Source: Salpingoeca rosetta (taxonomy: Eukaryota > Protista > Choanoflagellata). From it: 64,000 nt of DNA. A program made the translations under genes and the position numbers. The stretch lies in contig JAWQFM010000027.1 of the NCBI GenBank assembly GCA_033442325.1, forward strand, positions 412,728 to 476,727, in the 5' to 3' direction. Below the pieces are notes generated by a model. That model was not told the DNA's origin, did no database searches, and saw nothing but the letters and a program-made list of their open reading frames with translations. Positions within the stretch are counted from its first letter, which is position 1. Each line of letters opens with the position of its first letter. Shown here in pieces: positions 22,452-34,469 of this stretch.

Positions 22452-25225
22452 TGAGTGTGCGTGTGTATGAGTGAGAGAACAAGTCTGTCAATCATGCACG
22501 CATCCACGTGTTCATACACATCCACGCAATCACACACCACACACACACACAACACACACAACACACACAACACACACCTTGCGATCGATGAAGATCTTGA
22601 ACCCCGTTGGCGGCTGGAGGCGCGGCCCATTTGTCCACTGCTCGGCCTGAACAGTGTGACCAAAGTAGTCTGTTGTTGTGGTGTTCTTCACAAAGTCAAA
22701 TCCATCCAGCTCATCCAGCCCGAGGTTTGCGCTCATGTCTGTAAGCACCACCGTGCAGCAGTTGTCGATGCCTGTTGTTGCGTTTGGCCACATGAACCAC
22801 AGCCCGTTGGAGTGGAACGTGAGGCTGCAAGGCCCTTTCACCAGCGGCAGCTGTGGCAGGAAGTTCTGCACGCACTCCTCATGGTAGATGTGCATCCCAG
22901 GCACCTTTGCGCATCGCATGTGGAAGGAAAGGTGGTGGTAGTGGTGGTGGTGGTGGTGGTGGTGGTGGTGGTGGTGGTGGTGGTGGTGGTGAGAAGAAGA
23001 GAACAACAGCACAACGAGTGCAAGTGAGGACGTGATGTCCAACCGTACCACTTGCCATGCACACACGCGCATGCACACACGAACAACACGCAGACACATG
23101 CACACACGAACAACACACTGACACATGCACACACTTACACACATATGCACAAACCAGTACCTTGCTGCTGAAGTACATGTGGCTGGAGACGTTCTTGCCG
23201 TGGGACGTGGTGAGACCAAAACGAACGTCAAACTCCTCGGGCCACAGCGGAACATCCGGTCTCTCCCCAGCGGTGGCGGCCGCAGGCGTGTTGTCTCCAT
23301 GGCTGCCACTTGTTGAAGTGCTGTCACCTGTGCTGTTGGAGGCAATGTGGCACACGATGCACTTGGTTGCCTCGTCGTACATCTGGCGGGCGACATGCAG
23401 CGTCTCAACCGTGCTCGTGCCAGCAGCACCAACAGAACCAACAGCAGCGTCGTCAGCCACTGCACGACCATCATCACCAGGGCCTGCAGCAGCGATGCTG
23501 GCAACGACATCCTGTGTCTGGTCCGGGTGATGATATGCGTTCGGCAGCATGGGCATGACGAGGCCCCGGCCACCGTCGCGCCGCTGCTGCTCAGAGAGGT
23601 GATGCACAAACTGCATGACCAGGCGGTGGCACAGCGCGTCACGCACGAGCGCGTGGGCGTGGTCCCCCGTGGACGCCACAGCCTGTTCCGTGGCAATGTT
23701 TCCCTCCAGGGTCTGGTCCAGGCGACCAAACGCGTTGCGCCGGCTGTCGTTGGTGGCGAGGTAGATGTCTTGCAGCGTGGGCTGGCGCGCCGCGTGCAAC
23801 ATGCGCGTGACATTGTGCAAGTCGCCCACCGTGAAGGTGTCACAGGGTTCAAATGACACCCCATATGAGGTGTACTTCTGCAGGTGCCCGTTCAGCCGCG
23901 TTGACATGTCCGTGAAGTCTGCGCCCCTGAATGACGGGCGGGGCACCTTGGTGGCGGCACGACGCACATCGGCACGACCAACCACACCCTGGCCCTCAAC
24001 CAACGCAGGCGCAGAGGAGGAGGGGGACGAGGACGAGGACGAGGACGAGGAAGTGCTGATGTCACTGCTGATACCGTAGTTGGTGCTGGTGGTGGTGGTG
24101 CTAGATACACCGTGTGCTGGCTGAGCGCGGGCGTCGGTGCTGACGTCAGCAGAGCGCAGTGCGGCGTCTGACGCAATCATCGGTTCTGTCCGCTCGCCGC
24201 TGTGCATGAGGGCGGCGAGGCGATCCATCAGCAGCTCAAACGTCGAGTCGTGGTGGCCCATGCAGATGCGCACCACATCTGTGCCCGCGCCGTAGTTCAC
24301 GCCCGTCTCGGTTGTGATGCCGACAGCGGCAAATGGGGCGGCGCAGTCGTGCGTGTCGTCCTCGTGTGTGCAACGGATCCACATGAACAGGTTGCCGTCG
24401 GTGCAGTCGAGCTTGAAGCGCGTCTGCTTGTCAAACACGCTGTGCAGGCGCGACCACCGGTCGGCCAGCGCCGCGCGTGCATAGCCGAAGAAGTTGGTGT
24501 TGCTGGTGATGGGTGCATCCATGCTGGCAACAATTGCCTGCAGGGACTTGGCGGCGCGCAGCTGTGACTCGACGGCGGGGGCTGTGGACTGCAGCCACAT
24601 GTACTGGCTCATGATGCTGGCCACGGCTGGGTCGCGCACAAAGGCCCAGCCAATGCGGCTCGCAGCGTACCCGCTCAGCTTGGAGAAGGAGAAGATCATG
24701 ATGTCACCGCCGTGCAGGGTTGTGTCAGCGGCGGCGTAGTGGGGCCAGCGGTACACGTAGTCTGTGATGCGGAACGCGCGCGGGCAGATTGGGGTCATGC
24801 GGCGCCCATCCGGGTTGTTTGGGCTGGTGACGACCTCGATGAGCGACGAAGGGTCCTCCGAACACATGCGCTTGCCCTCGTCCGTCCAGTTGGTGAGCGG
24901 GTTGAGGTCCGATGCCATGCGGAAGTGCGGGTAGTACGGCTTCTCGGCGAACACGTGCATGGTCTTGTGGCGGTTGGGCCCTTGCGTCAGCGCATACAGG
25001 GCAGCGTCGATGAGCTGCACCCCGCCAGCGCCGAGGACGAGCGTGTAGTTGGTCGGGTCCACGTTGCCGACGCGCGTGTGCAGCTCTCGGATGGACGCGT
25101 TCAGGATGCGGCTGATGGCATCGAAGCTCGTGTCATCTGGCAGCGACGAGGGCGGAAACACGCGCGGGGACCGAAGATACCCCGGATGGTAGTGCTGCAT
25201 GGCGTTGAGAAAGAGAGAGGGCGTG

Positions 25226-25274
<49 letters not shown>

Positions 25275-25283
25275 TGTGTGTGT

Positions 25284-25350
<67 letters not shown>

Positions 25351-25999
25351 CGGGATGAGGGAATATGTGAGTGGATTGGAAATTTAGGTTGCAAGGGATG
25401 AAGGATGAGCAGGGTGTGGCAGGATGAGGCATGATGGTGTGAGTTGGGTACAAGTTTGCATGCGCCGAAACGTAAAAGCACACACAACGGAAACGTCCAC
25501 ACACACACACACACACACATTCACACACACACGTACACACATACACACGCACACACCGCATATACACACACACGCACATTTACACATACACGCACATTTA
25601 CACACATAGAACGGCCTGACCTACCGGGCTGATAGTCAGGGAGAGGTTGCCCTTGTTGGTGTTTGTGAACCAAGGGGTAAACAAGGTGGCCTCCGCAACG
25701 CGGGTTTCCAGAGAGCAGTTTGCCGTGAGGGTCTCGCAGTTGGGGCCCTCGTAGCACTGGAAGCACTGGCATTCCGTGAAGCCGAGCGATGCCTCCTCTG
25801 CAAGGAACTTGGTTCCATGGCCACTGCAAACGCTGTCAGAGGCGTCATTGGCAACGCCGTGCTTCGCATGCTGAAGCCGGACGCCCGCACGCTCCTGCGT
25901 CACGGGCGCTCCGTGCACCACACCAAAAGGCAGCGCTGCCAAGCAGCAACAGCACCACACCACTGCCACAAGCATCCCAGCAGTCGCAGCCATGGTCAT
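22114..25999 (-). CDS. Secreted alliinase/TAA1-TAR family PLP enzyme fused to an unassigned CxxCH domain and an ependymin-like C-terminal domain; exons 25999-25625, 25194-23161, 22904-22578, 22329-22114
   Basis: Signal peptide MAATAGMLVAVVWCCCCLAALPFGVVHG; alliinase EGF-like domain CSGHG...CQCFQCYEGPNC; IEVVTSPNNPDG, DYVYRWPHY, FSFSKLSGYAASRIGWA (PLP Lys), MWIRC, VVRI. All four exons join in phase 0. Confidence 0.9.
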
Positions 26000-26352
26000 C
26001 GTGGTTGTTGTATTGTGTTGTTGTGTTGTTGTTGTTGTGTTGTAGTGGTGAGTGCATGTGAAGAAGAGTGATCGTGGGTGTTGTTCTGCTTGGTTGGAGC
26101 AGCAGCAGTCCTGTGAGAATTCTGATGAATGATTTAAACCAAATTTACGCAATCTCATGTTGTGACGCCTGATGAGGACACCACACCAACAACACTCAAA
26201 CGGCGCTCTTCTTGCTTGCTTGCCACACACACACAGCACTTAGTTTGCCTTCATCCCCTCCACTCTTTTCACTCTTGTTCCGGCTCGGTTGTACGCCTCA
26301 CATCTCACCTCCTCACATCTCACTTCCTCCCTCCCTCATCACCTCCACCACG
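26000..26352. promoter_or_regulatory. Likely bidirectional promoter of the alliinase-like / multicopper oxidase pair
   Basis: About 350 bp between divergent ATGs, with an AT-richer core near 26115-26160. Confidence 0.5.
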
Positions 26353-27016
26353 ATGTGGGCAGCAGTGGCTGTGTGCTGCGCTGCGTTGCTGGTGGTGTCG
26401 TGTACAGTGACACCTGCTGCTGCAGCTGCAAGCGCAGCCAGGGGGACGATGCGCCAGGATGCCCTGCGAGCCAGGACACCAAAGCCCGGGCCACACTTTG
26501 TCGGAAAGGACGCAGCCGAGGTGGCCACCACCCTCAACAGGCACATTGACGCGCATGCGCTTGGCTTCAAGCACACGGCCGTCCCCTGCGAGGCCTACGG
26601 ATTCGAGGACCTGCACGACGCCTTGCTGGACCTGTTCCAGGCCACCCTCAACGACGCCGACGCTCGCCTCTTCAACCAGCAATACACGCAGCGCCGCGAT
26701 CGCCGCCGCCTTCGCTTCAACTCCCTGGCAGAGTTCCAACACAACTGGCAAACGGAGCTTGCTCTCCTCAACACAACCAACAACAAAGACAAAGACAAAG
26801 GCGAAGCAGAGTTGGGACAGGCCAGCACTGTCGCGGAGAACGAGCTCCCGCTTCACGAGCTCGCCCATGCTGGGCGGTGCTATGAGGCGGCCCTCATCTA
26901 CATCCACCATCTCAGCGACAAGACCAAAGCGACCCAGTCCTTTCCTCGCGGCATCCCGCTCCTGCCAGAAGCCAACAGGGCTGCAACCGTCAGCGCAATG
27001 CTTGAAGGCACGCCGC

Positions 27017-27064
<48 letters not shown>

Positions 27065-27787
27065 CATCTATGTCGTTGGCGGCGGGGTCAAAACATGCGC
27101 GCAGCGGCCGCTCTCTGGCCACGGACGCCTCTGCGTTCATCCGCCAGAATGTGCAGGACCAGGTTGTGTGTTCTCGCTGCCACATTCTGCCCAACACGAC
27201 GTTTGCCCCAGACATTGACACGTACATCTCCAAACTCTTCCACAACCGATTGATTGAGCCAGAGGTGCGCAAGTCCATCAGCGGTCGGCTGGAGACAACA
27301 CTGCGTGTGACCACGTCAAGGCTGGAAGGGCCCCTCTCCTTCAACGTGCGCAGCTACGAGGGAAGCACGCCAGGCCCAACACTGCGCGTGCACCCGGGCG
27401 ACACCATCGGCATCTCTCTCATCAACGACCTGGACCCGCATCCTGTGTCGTGCCGTGCAACCCAAGATGGCGGCGGCGCCGATGTCAACTTCTACCGCTG
27501 CCCTAACGTGACCAACCTGCATCTGCACGGCCTGTGGACGGAGCCGCACGACGTGTACTCTGGCGTGTTTCCGGGGCAGTCGAGGGCGCTCGAGTACCAG
27601 GTACCTGGCGACCACGCCCCTGGCTCAAACTGGTACCACCCGCACTTTCACGGATCCGTCTCCCTGCAGGTACAAAGCTGGCAGAGATGGTGGTGTGGCT
27701 GGTGCAGCCACTCTGCATTCTGTGTCTGTGTGTGTGTCTGTGTGTGTGTGTGTGTGTGTGCGTGCGTGTGCGTGTGTGTCTGTCTGC

Positions 27788-27831
<44 letters not shown>

Positions 27832-28801
27832 TGAACCTGCTGGTTATGACATTCATGCACTTGTGTCACTTGCGCCCCACGATGTCTTTGTACAACCTCT
27901 CACCTGTTGCCCTTTCAACGTGCACGACTTGCGTATGTCTTCAGCTTGCCAACCGTATGGCTGGGATGGTGAATGGTGGAAAACGATCCTTCCTCTCTCC
28001 CTCCAAAGGACTATTATACGTCTTGTCGCCTCGAAGCTAGTCTAATGAAAGTGACTCAGTGTCTGACGTGGTCACTGCGACCCTGCAGCTCGAACACTTT
28101 AGCCCTAGAAGCTAGTTAAGGCATGGACGAGGACAGTATGACGTACTCCGCGCAGCTTGCCAACGGTATGGCTGGGATGCTGATTGTGGAAGACGATCCT
28201 CGCTCTCTCCCATCGGCGCTCAAGGCAATGAAGGGACGTCGTTCTCGTCATGCAGAGCGTCGAGTACTTTAACTACACCACCAACGACATCAACTGTAAG
28301 CAGCGGGCAATGTACCTGCCTGGTTGTGTGTGGGGAGGATGTTTGGTGTGTCTATTGTATCATATTCGCCTCCCGTGAATCACGATGCGCTGCATGCTTG
28401 GACAACTATTTTGCTCGCTGCCCTGCCTGGGTGTGTTGTTTGCTTGTTCATGCTTTCCTGCTTCGCATCTCCATCCTCCCATTCACCTCATGGCTGTCTC
28501 CTCTCGCTGGAACTCCAAACACACACACACACATACGCACACACATACGCATACACACACACGCACACGCATACGCATACACACACACGCACATGTAGGC
28601 CCGCACACGTCCAATTTGTCGCGCTGCCACGGGTTGGACGGCGCCGGGTCTCTCTCCACCATCCGCTCCTTCAGCACCGACCAAATGCCCCTCAACCTCT
28701 CGTTCACAGACCCGCACGCAGGCCACCCCATCCCAGGCAACTACTTTATTGTCAACGGCCAATACCAGCCCGTCATCACCGTGCGCCCAGGTACCTTTCT
28801 C

Positions 28802-28842
<41 letters not shown>

Positions 28843-31491
28843 CTTTGTGTGTGTCTTTGTGTGTGCCTGTGTGTGCCTGTGTGTGTGTGTGTGTGTTTGT
28901 GTGTGTGCCTGTTGTCTTGTCTGTGTCTGTCTGCGGTCGCAAGGTGGACACATACACACATACACACATACACACATACACACATACACAAACACACATA
29001 CACACATACACACATACACACATATAGACCTGTCCCCTCACTTTGACACACACACACACACGCACACAACAATGCAGGCGAATGGCAGCGGTGGCGCACG
29101 CTTAATGCCGCCCACCAAGCCAGCCTGTCCCTGACTGTGCCCGGCTGCGAAACGCTCGTGCTTGCAATGGACGGCGTGTATCTCAACGCACCGCGTCTAA
29201 AGAACAACAGCGCTCCCCTCGTCCTTCCACCAGGATCGCGCGCTGGTACGCCTGCTAGTCCATATGCACAACAGCGCCCTGTGCGTCTGCGAGTGTGCGT
29301 GTCTGTGCCTGTCTGTGTCTGTGTGTGAGAGAGAGTGAGAGAGTTTTGCAATGACTGCGATGGCTCATCGCTTACACACTCACGCTCACACACTCACGCT
29401 CACACACTCACGCTCACACACTCACGCTCACACACTCACACACACACGCTCCCTCTCTCTCACGTTCACACACGTAAACTTCACTGACGTACATGAATAC
29501 GCAACACCTGGCTGAGCAGACATTGCTGTGATGTGCGAGAAGCAAGGCCTGCACTACCTCATGTCGCGCGAGAATCCAGATGTGCTCAACTTTGGGCAGC
29601 AGCAAGGCTTTGCGTCTGGCATTCTGGCCCTGGTGGATGTGGACGGTGACAGCATGAACATGACACGCCCCACGAAGCTCCCGTCTCTTCCCGCCTACCT
29701 CACCGACACACGCGACACAACGCCCGCCTCATATCACACTGTGCAGTGGGACCTGCTGTACATGATCAACAATACGCAGGGCTTGACAGATGTGCCAATT
29801 TACGGCATTTCGGGGCGCGCGTTCAATGCCAGCCTGCGTCCCAGCACATGCCTGCAGCCGTCCACGGCTACAGCCGAGTGGACCGTTGTGAACCCCATCT
29901 GGATCTGCAATGCATCGCAGCCGCTCTGCCTCTCCACCATGAACCGCACAGCGGCATCTGGCAAGCTGCTGAAGAAATACCAACACCCCGTCACCATCAG
30001 CCACGGCTTCCACATGTATGGATGGGCAATGTGCTGCTGGCACCTTGTTTGCATTTTGTCTGCTTACGTGTCTGTGTCTGTGTGTCTGTGTCTGTGTCTG
30101 TATGTGTGTTTTTGCTTGTATGCATGTGTTGCTGTTGTGACGTTCAGATGACATTCCCTGGATCCCGATGTATGCTATTTTACACCCTCACGCACACCCA
30201 CACACACACACACACGCACGCACAGGCACACGTTCAAGTTCCAGGTTGTTGACGACAGCAACGGCGGCTTGAGCTACGACTACGAGGTTGGGGACTGGCG
30301 CGATACAGTGACGACGCCCGTCGCCGGGTCGGTCCGCGTGAGGTTTCGGCCCATGACATACGAGGGCCTTGTGCCGTACCACTGCCACATGAGCCCACAC
30401 TCCGACAGGGGCATGATCGCAACAGCCCTCGTCAGCTCGTCGTGTGGCACCAGCACGACCTCAAGCTCAGCCTCAACGACAACAAGCGCGACAACGACAG
30501 TGTCAACGACAACGACAGCGCCGTCGCCGCCACCGTGGGCCCCGCGCCTCACCAACTACACCATGCCCATCAACACCAACGTGACTGGCGCGCAGCACGC
30601 ATTTGATGAAGGCATGCAGCTGACGTTTGGGTTTGCCCACGACGCAGCAGCTCGCTTCTTTGGCGAGTGCGCACAGCTCGACCCGACCTGCGCCATGTGC
30701 TACTGGGGGCTTGCCTATGCGGCGGGGCCCGTGATCAACGTGCCCGTGTGCAGCTCGCCTGCCTGCGGTGACGGAGCCAAGCAGGCTGCCAAGGCTCTTG
30801 CCCTTGCACGCAAGCAGCAAGGACAACTGTCGGACAAGGAGCTGTTCCTGATCTCCGCCATGTCCAAACGCTACAGCACCGACAGCAGCGCCAACCAGAC
30901 GCACCTCTTCCGTGCCTACGCCACTGCCCTCAACAGCACAAGTTGGGTGGCCAAGGACGCCGACGTGGCTGCGCTGTACAGCGAGGCCGTCATGATGCTG
31001 CACGCTGTGATTGGCGGGTACCGCTTCTACAACACCACCACAGGCAAGCCCTTCCCGGAGATTGCGCAGGTGACGCGCGTGCTGGAGGCGGCACTCAACC
31101 TGACAGCGCCCGGCATGCACGGCGCCCACCCGCTTGTGCAGCACTTGTACATCCACATCACGGAGCCAAGTGCCCCTGGCTTTGGGCCGGAGAGCGCGGG
31201 CCGCGGCCTGCCGTCTGCACTCGACTTCCAGCGACGGTTCAACACAACGCAGTGGCAGCACATCCAGCACATGTCTGGGCACGTATACCTGCGCGTTGGC
31301 CGCTATGGGGACGTGGTCACGGTCAACCGCATTGCACACGCCTCTGATGCAGCGTGGCTCAAGCACGGCTTGCTTCCGTATGGGCCGGGTCATAATCTCG
31401 CCTTCCTCATCTATGGCGCTTGCATGGACGGTCAGAGCCAGGTGGCACGCGATTTTGGCGTCACGCTCCACAACGTCTACCGCGCCGCCCC

Positions 31492-31562
<71 letters not shown>

Positions 31563-31577
31563 TGGATGGGTGGGTAG

Positions 31578-31608
<31 letters not shown>

Positions 31609-32717
31609 TGGGTGGGTACGGGTGTGTGTGCGTGTGTGTGTGTGTGTGTGTATGTGTGTGGGTGTAGGTGTGTTCATTTTGTATTGTTGTGCAAGTCTGA
31701 AATGGCATCGCGGCTGCTTTCACTCCCTTGCTTGCCCTAACTCCCTTGTTTGTGGGTTGCTGTCCTGCGCATCCCTTGATTTTAACTCGTGCGCTGTGGC
31801 CCCACATTGCAGACCGCCCCGATGGGCCCGGCCCTGATCTTGGCTGGCACATTCCCATGACCACGCACGTGCGCTTTGGCCGGTGGTCTGATGTGCTCGC
31901 CACGCCGCTTGAGATGCCGCGCGACTGGCCGTACCAGCATGCCCTCGCCAACTATGCGCTCGGCACCGCCTACGCACATACGGGCAACCGAACAGCTGCG
32001 GAGGCGTGCTTGCAGGCGCTCGCGCTCGAGAAGAAGAACTTGACGGGCCGATTTTACAAATACGCCATTGTGGCAGAGATGGCTCTGCGCGCCACCCTCG
32101 CCGCCCAAGCCAGCGACACCCACAGGGCCGTTCAGTTTATGCAATCCGCTGTCGGCGAGCAGGTGTGTTCGTTAGTATCCTGCTTGTTCGCTTGCTTTGC
32201 TTTGCTTTGCTTTGCTCTGCTTTGCTTTGCTTTGCTTTGCGTGTGTGCGTGCTTGTGTATTCCACACGTTGTGTGTTTGTTTGCGTCACTGTGGTTTCTG
32301 CATAGGCATCTGCATCTCACCCCTCTACAGGCAGTGCCACATGTTTGCTCACACTCGCGTTCAATCCCCCCCCCACCTTCACCGACAACCCGTCCCTTCT
32401 CCTCGCTTCCTCGCCATGTCATACAGACGTCGTGGCCGTATGACGAGCCGCCAGACTTCCACATGCCCTTGCGCCAGTGTCTTGGACAAGCGTATCTCAA
32501 TGCACAGCGCTACGTGGATGCAGATGCCGTGTACCGTGCTGACCTGCACGAGTACCCCAACAACGGCTGGTCTCTGTTTGGGCTGATTGCCGCAATGCAA
32601 CAGCAGCCCCAGAAGTACTCCCCTGCCGATGTTGCCAAGGTCCAGCAGCAGCTGGACGACACGTGGCAGCGCGCTGATGTGCGCCTGTCTTCCAGCTGCC
32701 TTGCGCTCGTATTCTGA
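26353..32717 (+). CDS. Secreted multicopper oxidase with N-terminal CxxCH domain and C-terminal His-rich TPR-like module; exons approx. 26353-27669, 28156-28295, 28599-28790, 29078-29246, 29519-30015, 30226-31492, 31813-32162, 32427-32717
   Basis: Signal peptide [17 protein letters not shown]; all four copper motifs: [21 protein letters not shown]|H (across an intron), [13 protein letters not shown]; then an S/T linker and [18 protein letters not shown]....[18 protein letters not shown]. One apparent +1 frameshift at ~28233. Confidence 0.88.
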
Positions 32718-33044
32718 GCATGCATGAACACACACACACACACCTGCACATCCGCCAACACCTCTGTGTGTGTGTATGTGTGTGTGTGTGTGTGTGTGTC
32801 GTCTCTTCTTTTGTGCCATCTCTTGTTTTGTGTCTTCTGTTGTTTCATCATGTGCTATGCATGCACCCCAAGGTTGCATCACCGCGTTGCTTTATTGCCC
32901 ATGCATCCACTGCTGCTGTTACACCACGGCATACACATCACCATGACAAGCGTGTGTGAATAGAACACACATGAACACAGAAGACGCATGGACACACAAA
33001 AAAACAGCAAGAGAAGCAGAGTGACGAGTACTGATGTGAGTGGT

Positions 33045-33083
33045 TGGCTGGTTGGTTGGTTGGTTGGTTGGTTGGTTGGTTGG

Positions 33084-33114
<31 letters not shown>

Positions 33115-33195
33115 GGTTGTTGTTGTTGTTGTTGTTGTGGTTGTGGTTGTTGTGGTTGTTGTTGTTGTGGTTGTTGTTGTTGTGGTTGTTGTTGC
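33045..33195. repeat. Compound (GGTT)n/(GTT)n microsatellite between convergent genes
   Basis: Direct inspection. Confidence 0.9.
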
Positions 33196-33403
33196 TGACG
33201 GACAGTGGCAAGTGTTCTTGGGGTTGCAATGTGGGATTTGGATGTTAGGCGAAATGTTGTGTTGTAATTGGGTGCTGTGTTGAAGTGCACTGATGTGAAG
33301 CAACTTCAGGTATGTGTTGCGAGTAAGAGAAGCCACGCTGTTGTTGGGTGCATGAACAGCACGGGCCATCTTCGCCTCATTCTCATTCCTCCTCACTAAC
33401 ACC

Positions 33404-34415
33404 TCAAGCTTGCCAGAACTCGAGCATTTCCTTCAAACTGTCCTGCAGTTGCTGGCGGGCGTTGCGGCGCTCGCGGAGCCTGTTTTCCAGCTGGGCAATG
33501 ATTTCATTCAGGCGCCTTGTGCACTGCATCACACTGCCTTGATGGCTTCTGTGCATGTAAATGTTTGTGATGAGGCGTAAAGGCAAGTCAGCAATCGAGC
33601 GTAAACAACTGCGTGAGAGGCCGGGGTTGTCTCAAGGGCAGGTCAGCATGACAGCAGCTCAGCATGTCAACGCACATGCAAAGACAATCGTAGCCCAAGC
33701 CCTTTGTAGCTTTGTTGGTTGGTTCTGAATGTACATCTTCCTCACACCCCCGCCCCCAACCCTCACCAACACGCAACTGGGAAACTTGCTTTGAGTGCTG
33801 GTCGAGGCCAGTCACGGTCATTTCTGCTACTTCTCCAGCATCGTACAGGTCATCTATCATGGCTCGTCGGTAATCTTGACTGGTCTTGGCAAACTTGGCT
33901 GGGTGTGGATCAGGAAGCTGAGCACAAGAATGCAGACTTGCGTGTTGTGGAACCATCGACGTGGCGTAAAGCATCGCCAGGGTGCTGGGAATCTCAGGGG
34001 TGGTGGGGGTGATGCTGCTTAGAGCGGGGATGGGGCTGCTGCTGCTATTGTTGTTGTGGTTGTTGGAGGAGGAAGACGAGGAGGAGGTGGTGGTAGTGGT
34101 GGTGGCGGTGCTGGTGTTGCCATTGCTACCATTGTTGCCGCTGTTGCTGAAGGCGGAGGCGTGTGACACGGCAGTGGTTTGGTCAGCTGGAGCGACTGGG
34201 GTGGCTGGTGGTGGGGCTGCCTGGGTTTCAGCAAAGGTGGCACGAGGCGGCATGCTACGTGATGCTGGCGCGAGTTGAGCAGGGGCAGGGCCCATACGTC
34301 CAGCTGATGCGTTGTAGTTGTTGGCTTGAACCGCCGTTTGCGGAGCTTGTTGAGGGTCTCTTGGGAGACCCGGAAGACTTGATGAGGACTGCTGCTGTTG
34401 TTTGCCTGGCTGTTT

Positions 34416-34469
<54 letters not shown>

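Noticed and set aside
33404-33560. Similarity of the terminal coiled coil to the RPRD1/CREPT domain
   Set aside because: Generic coiled-coil composition and no CID domain found upstream.
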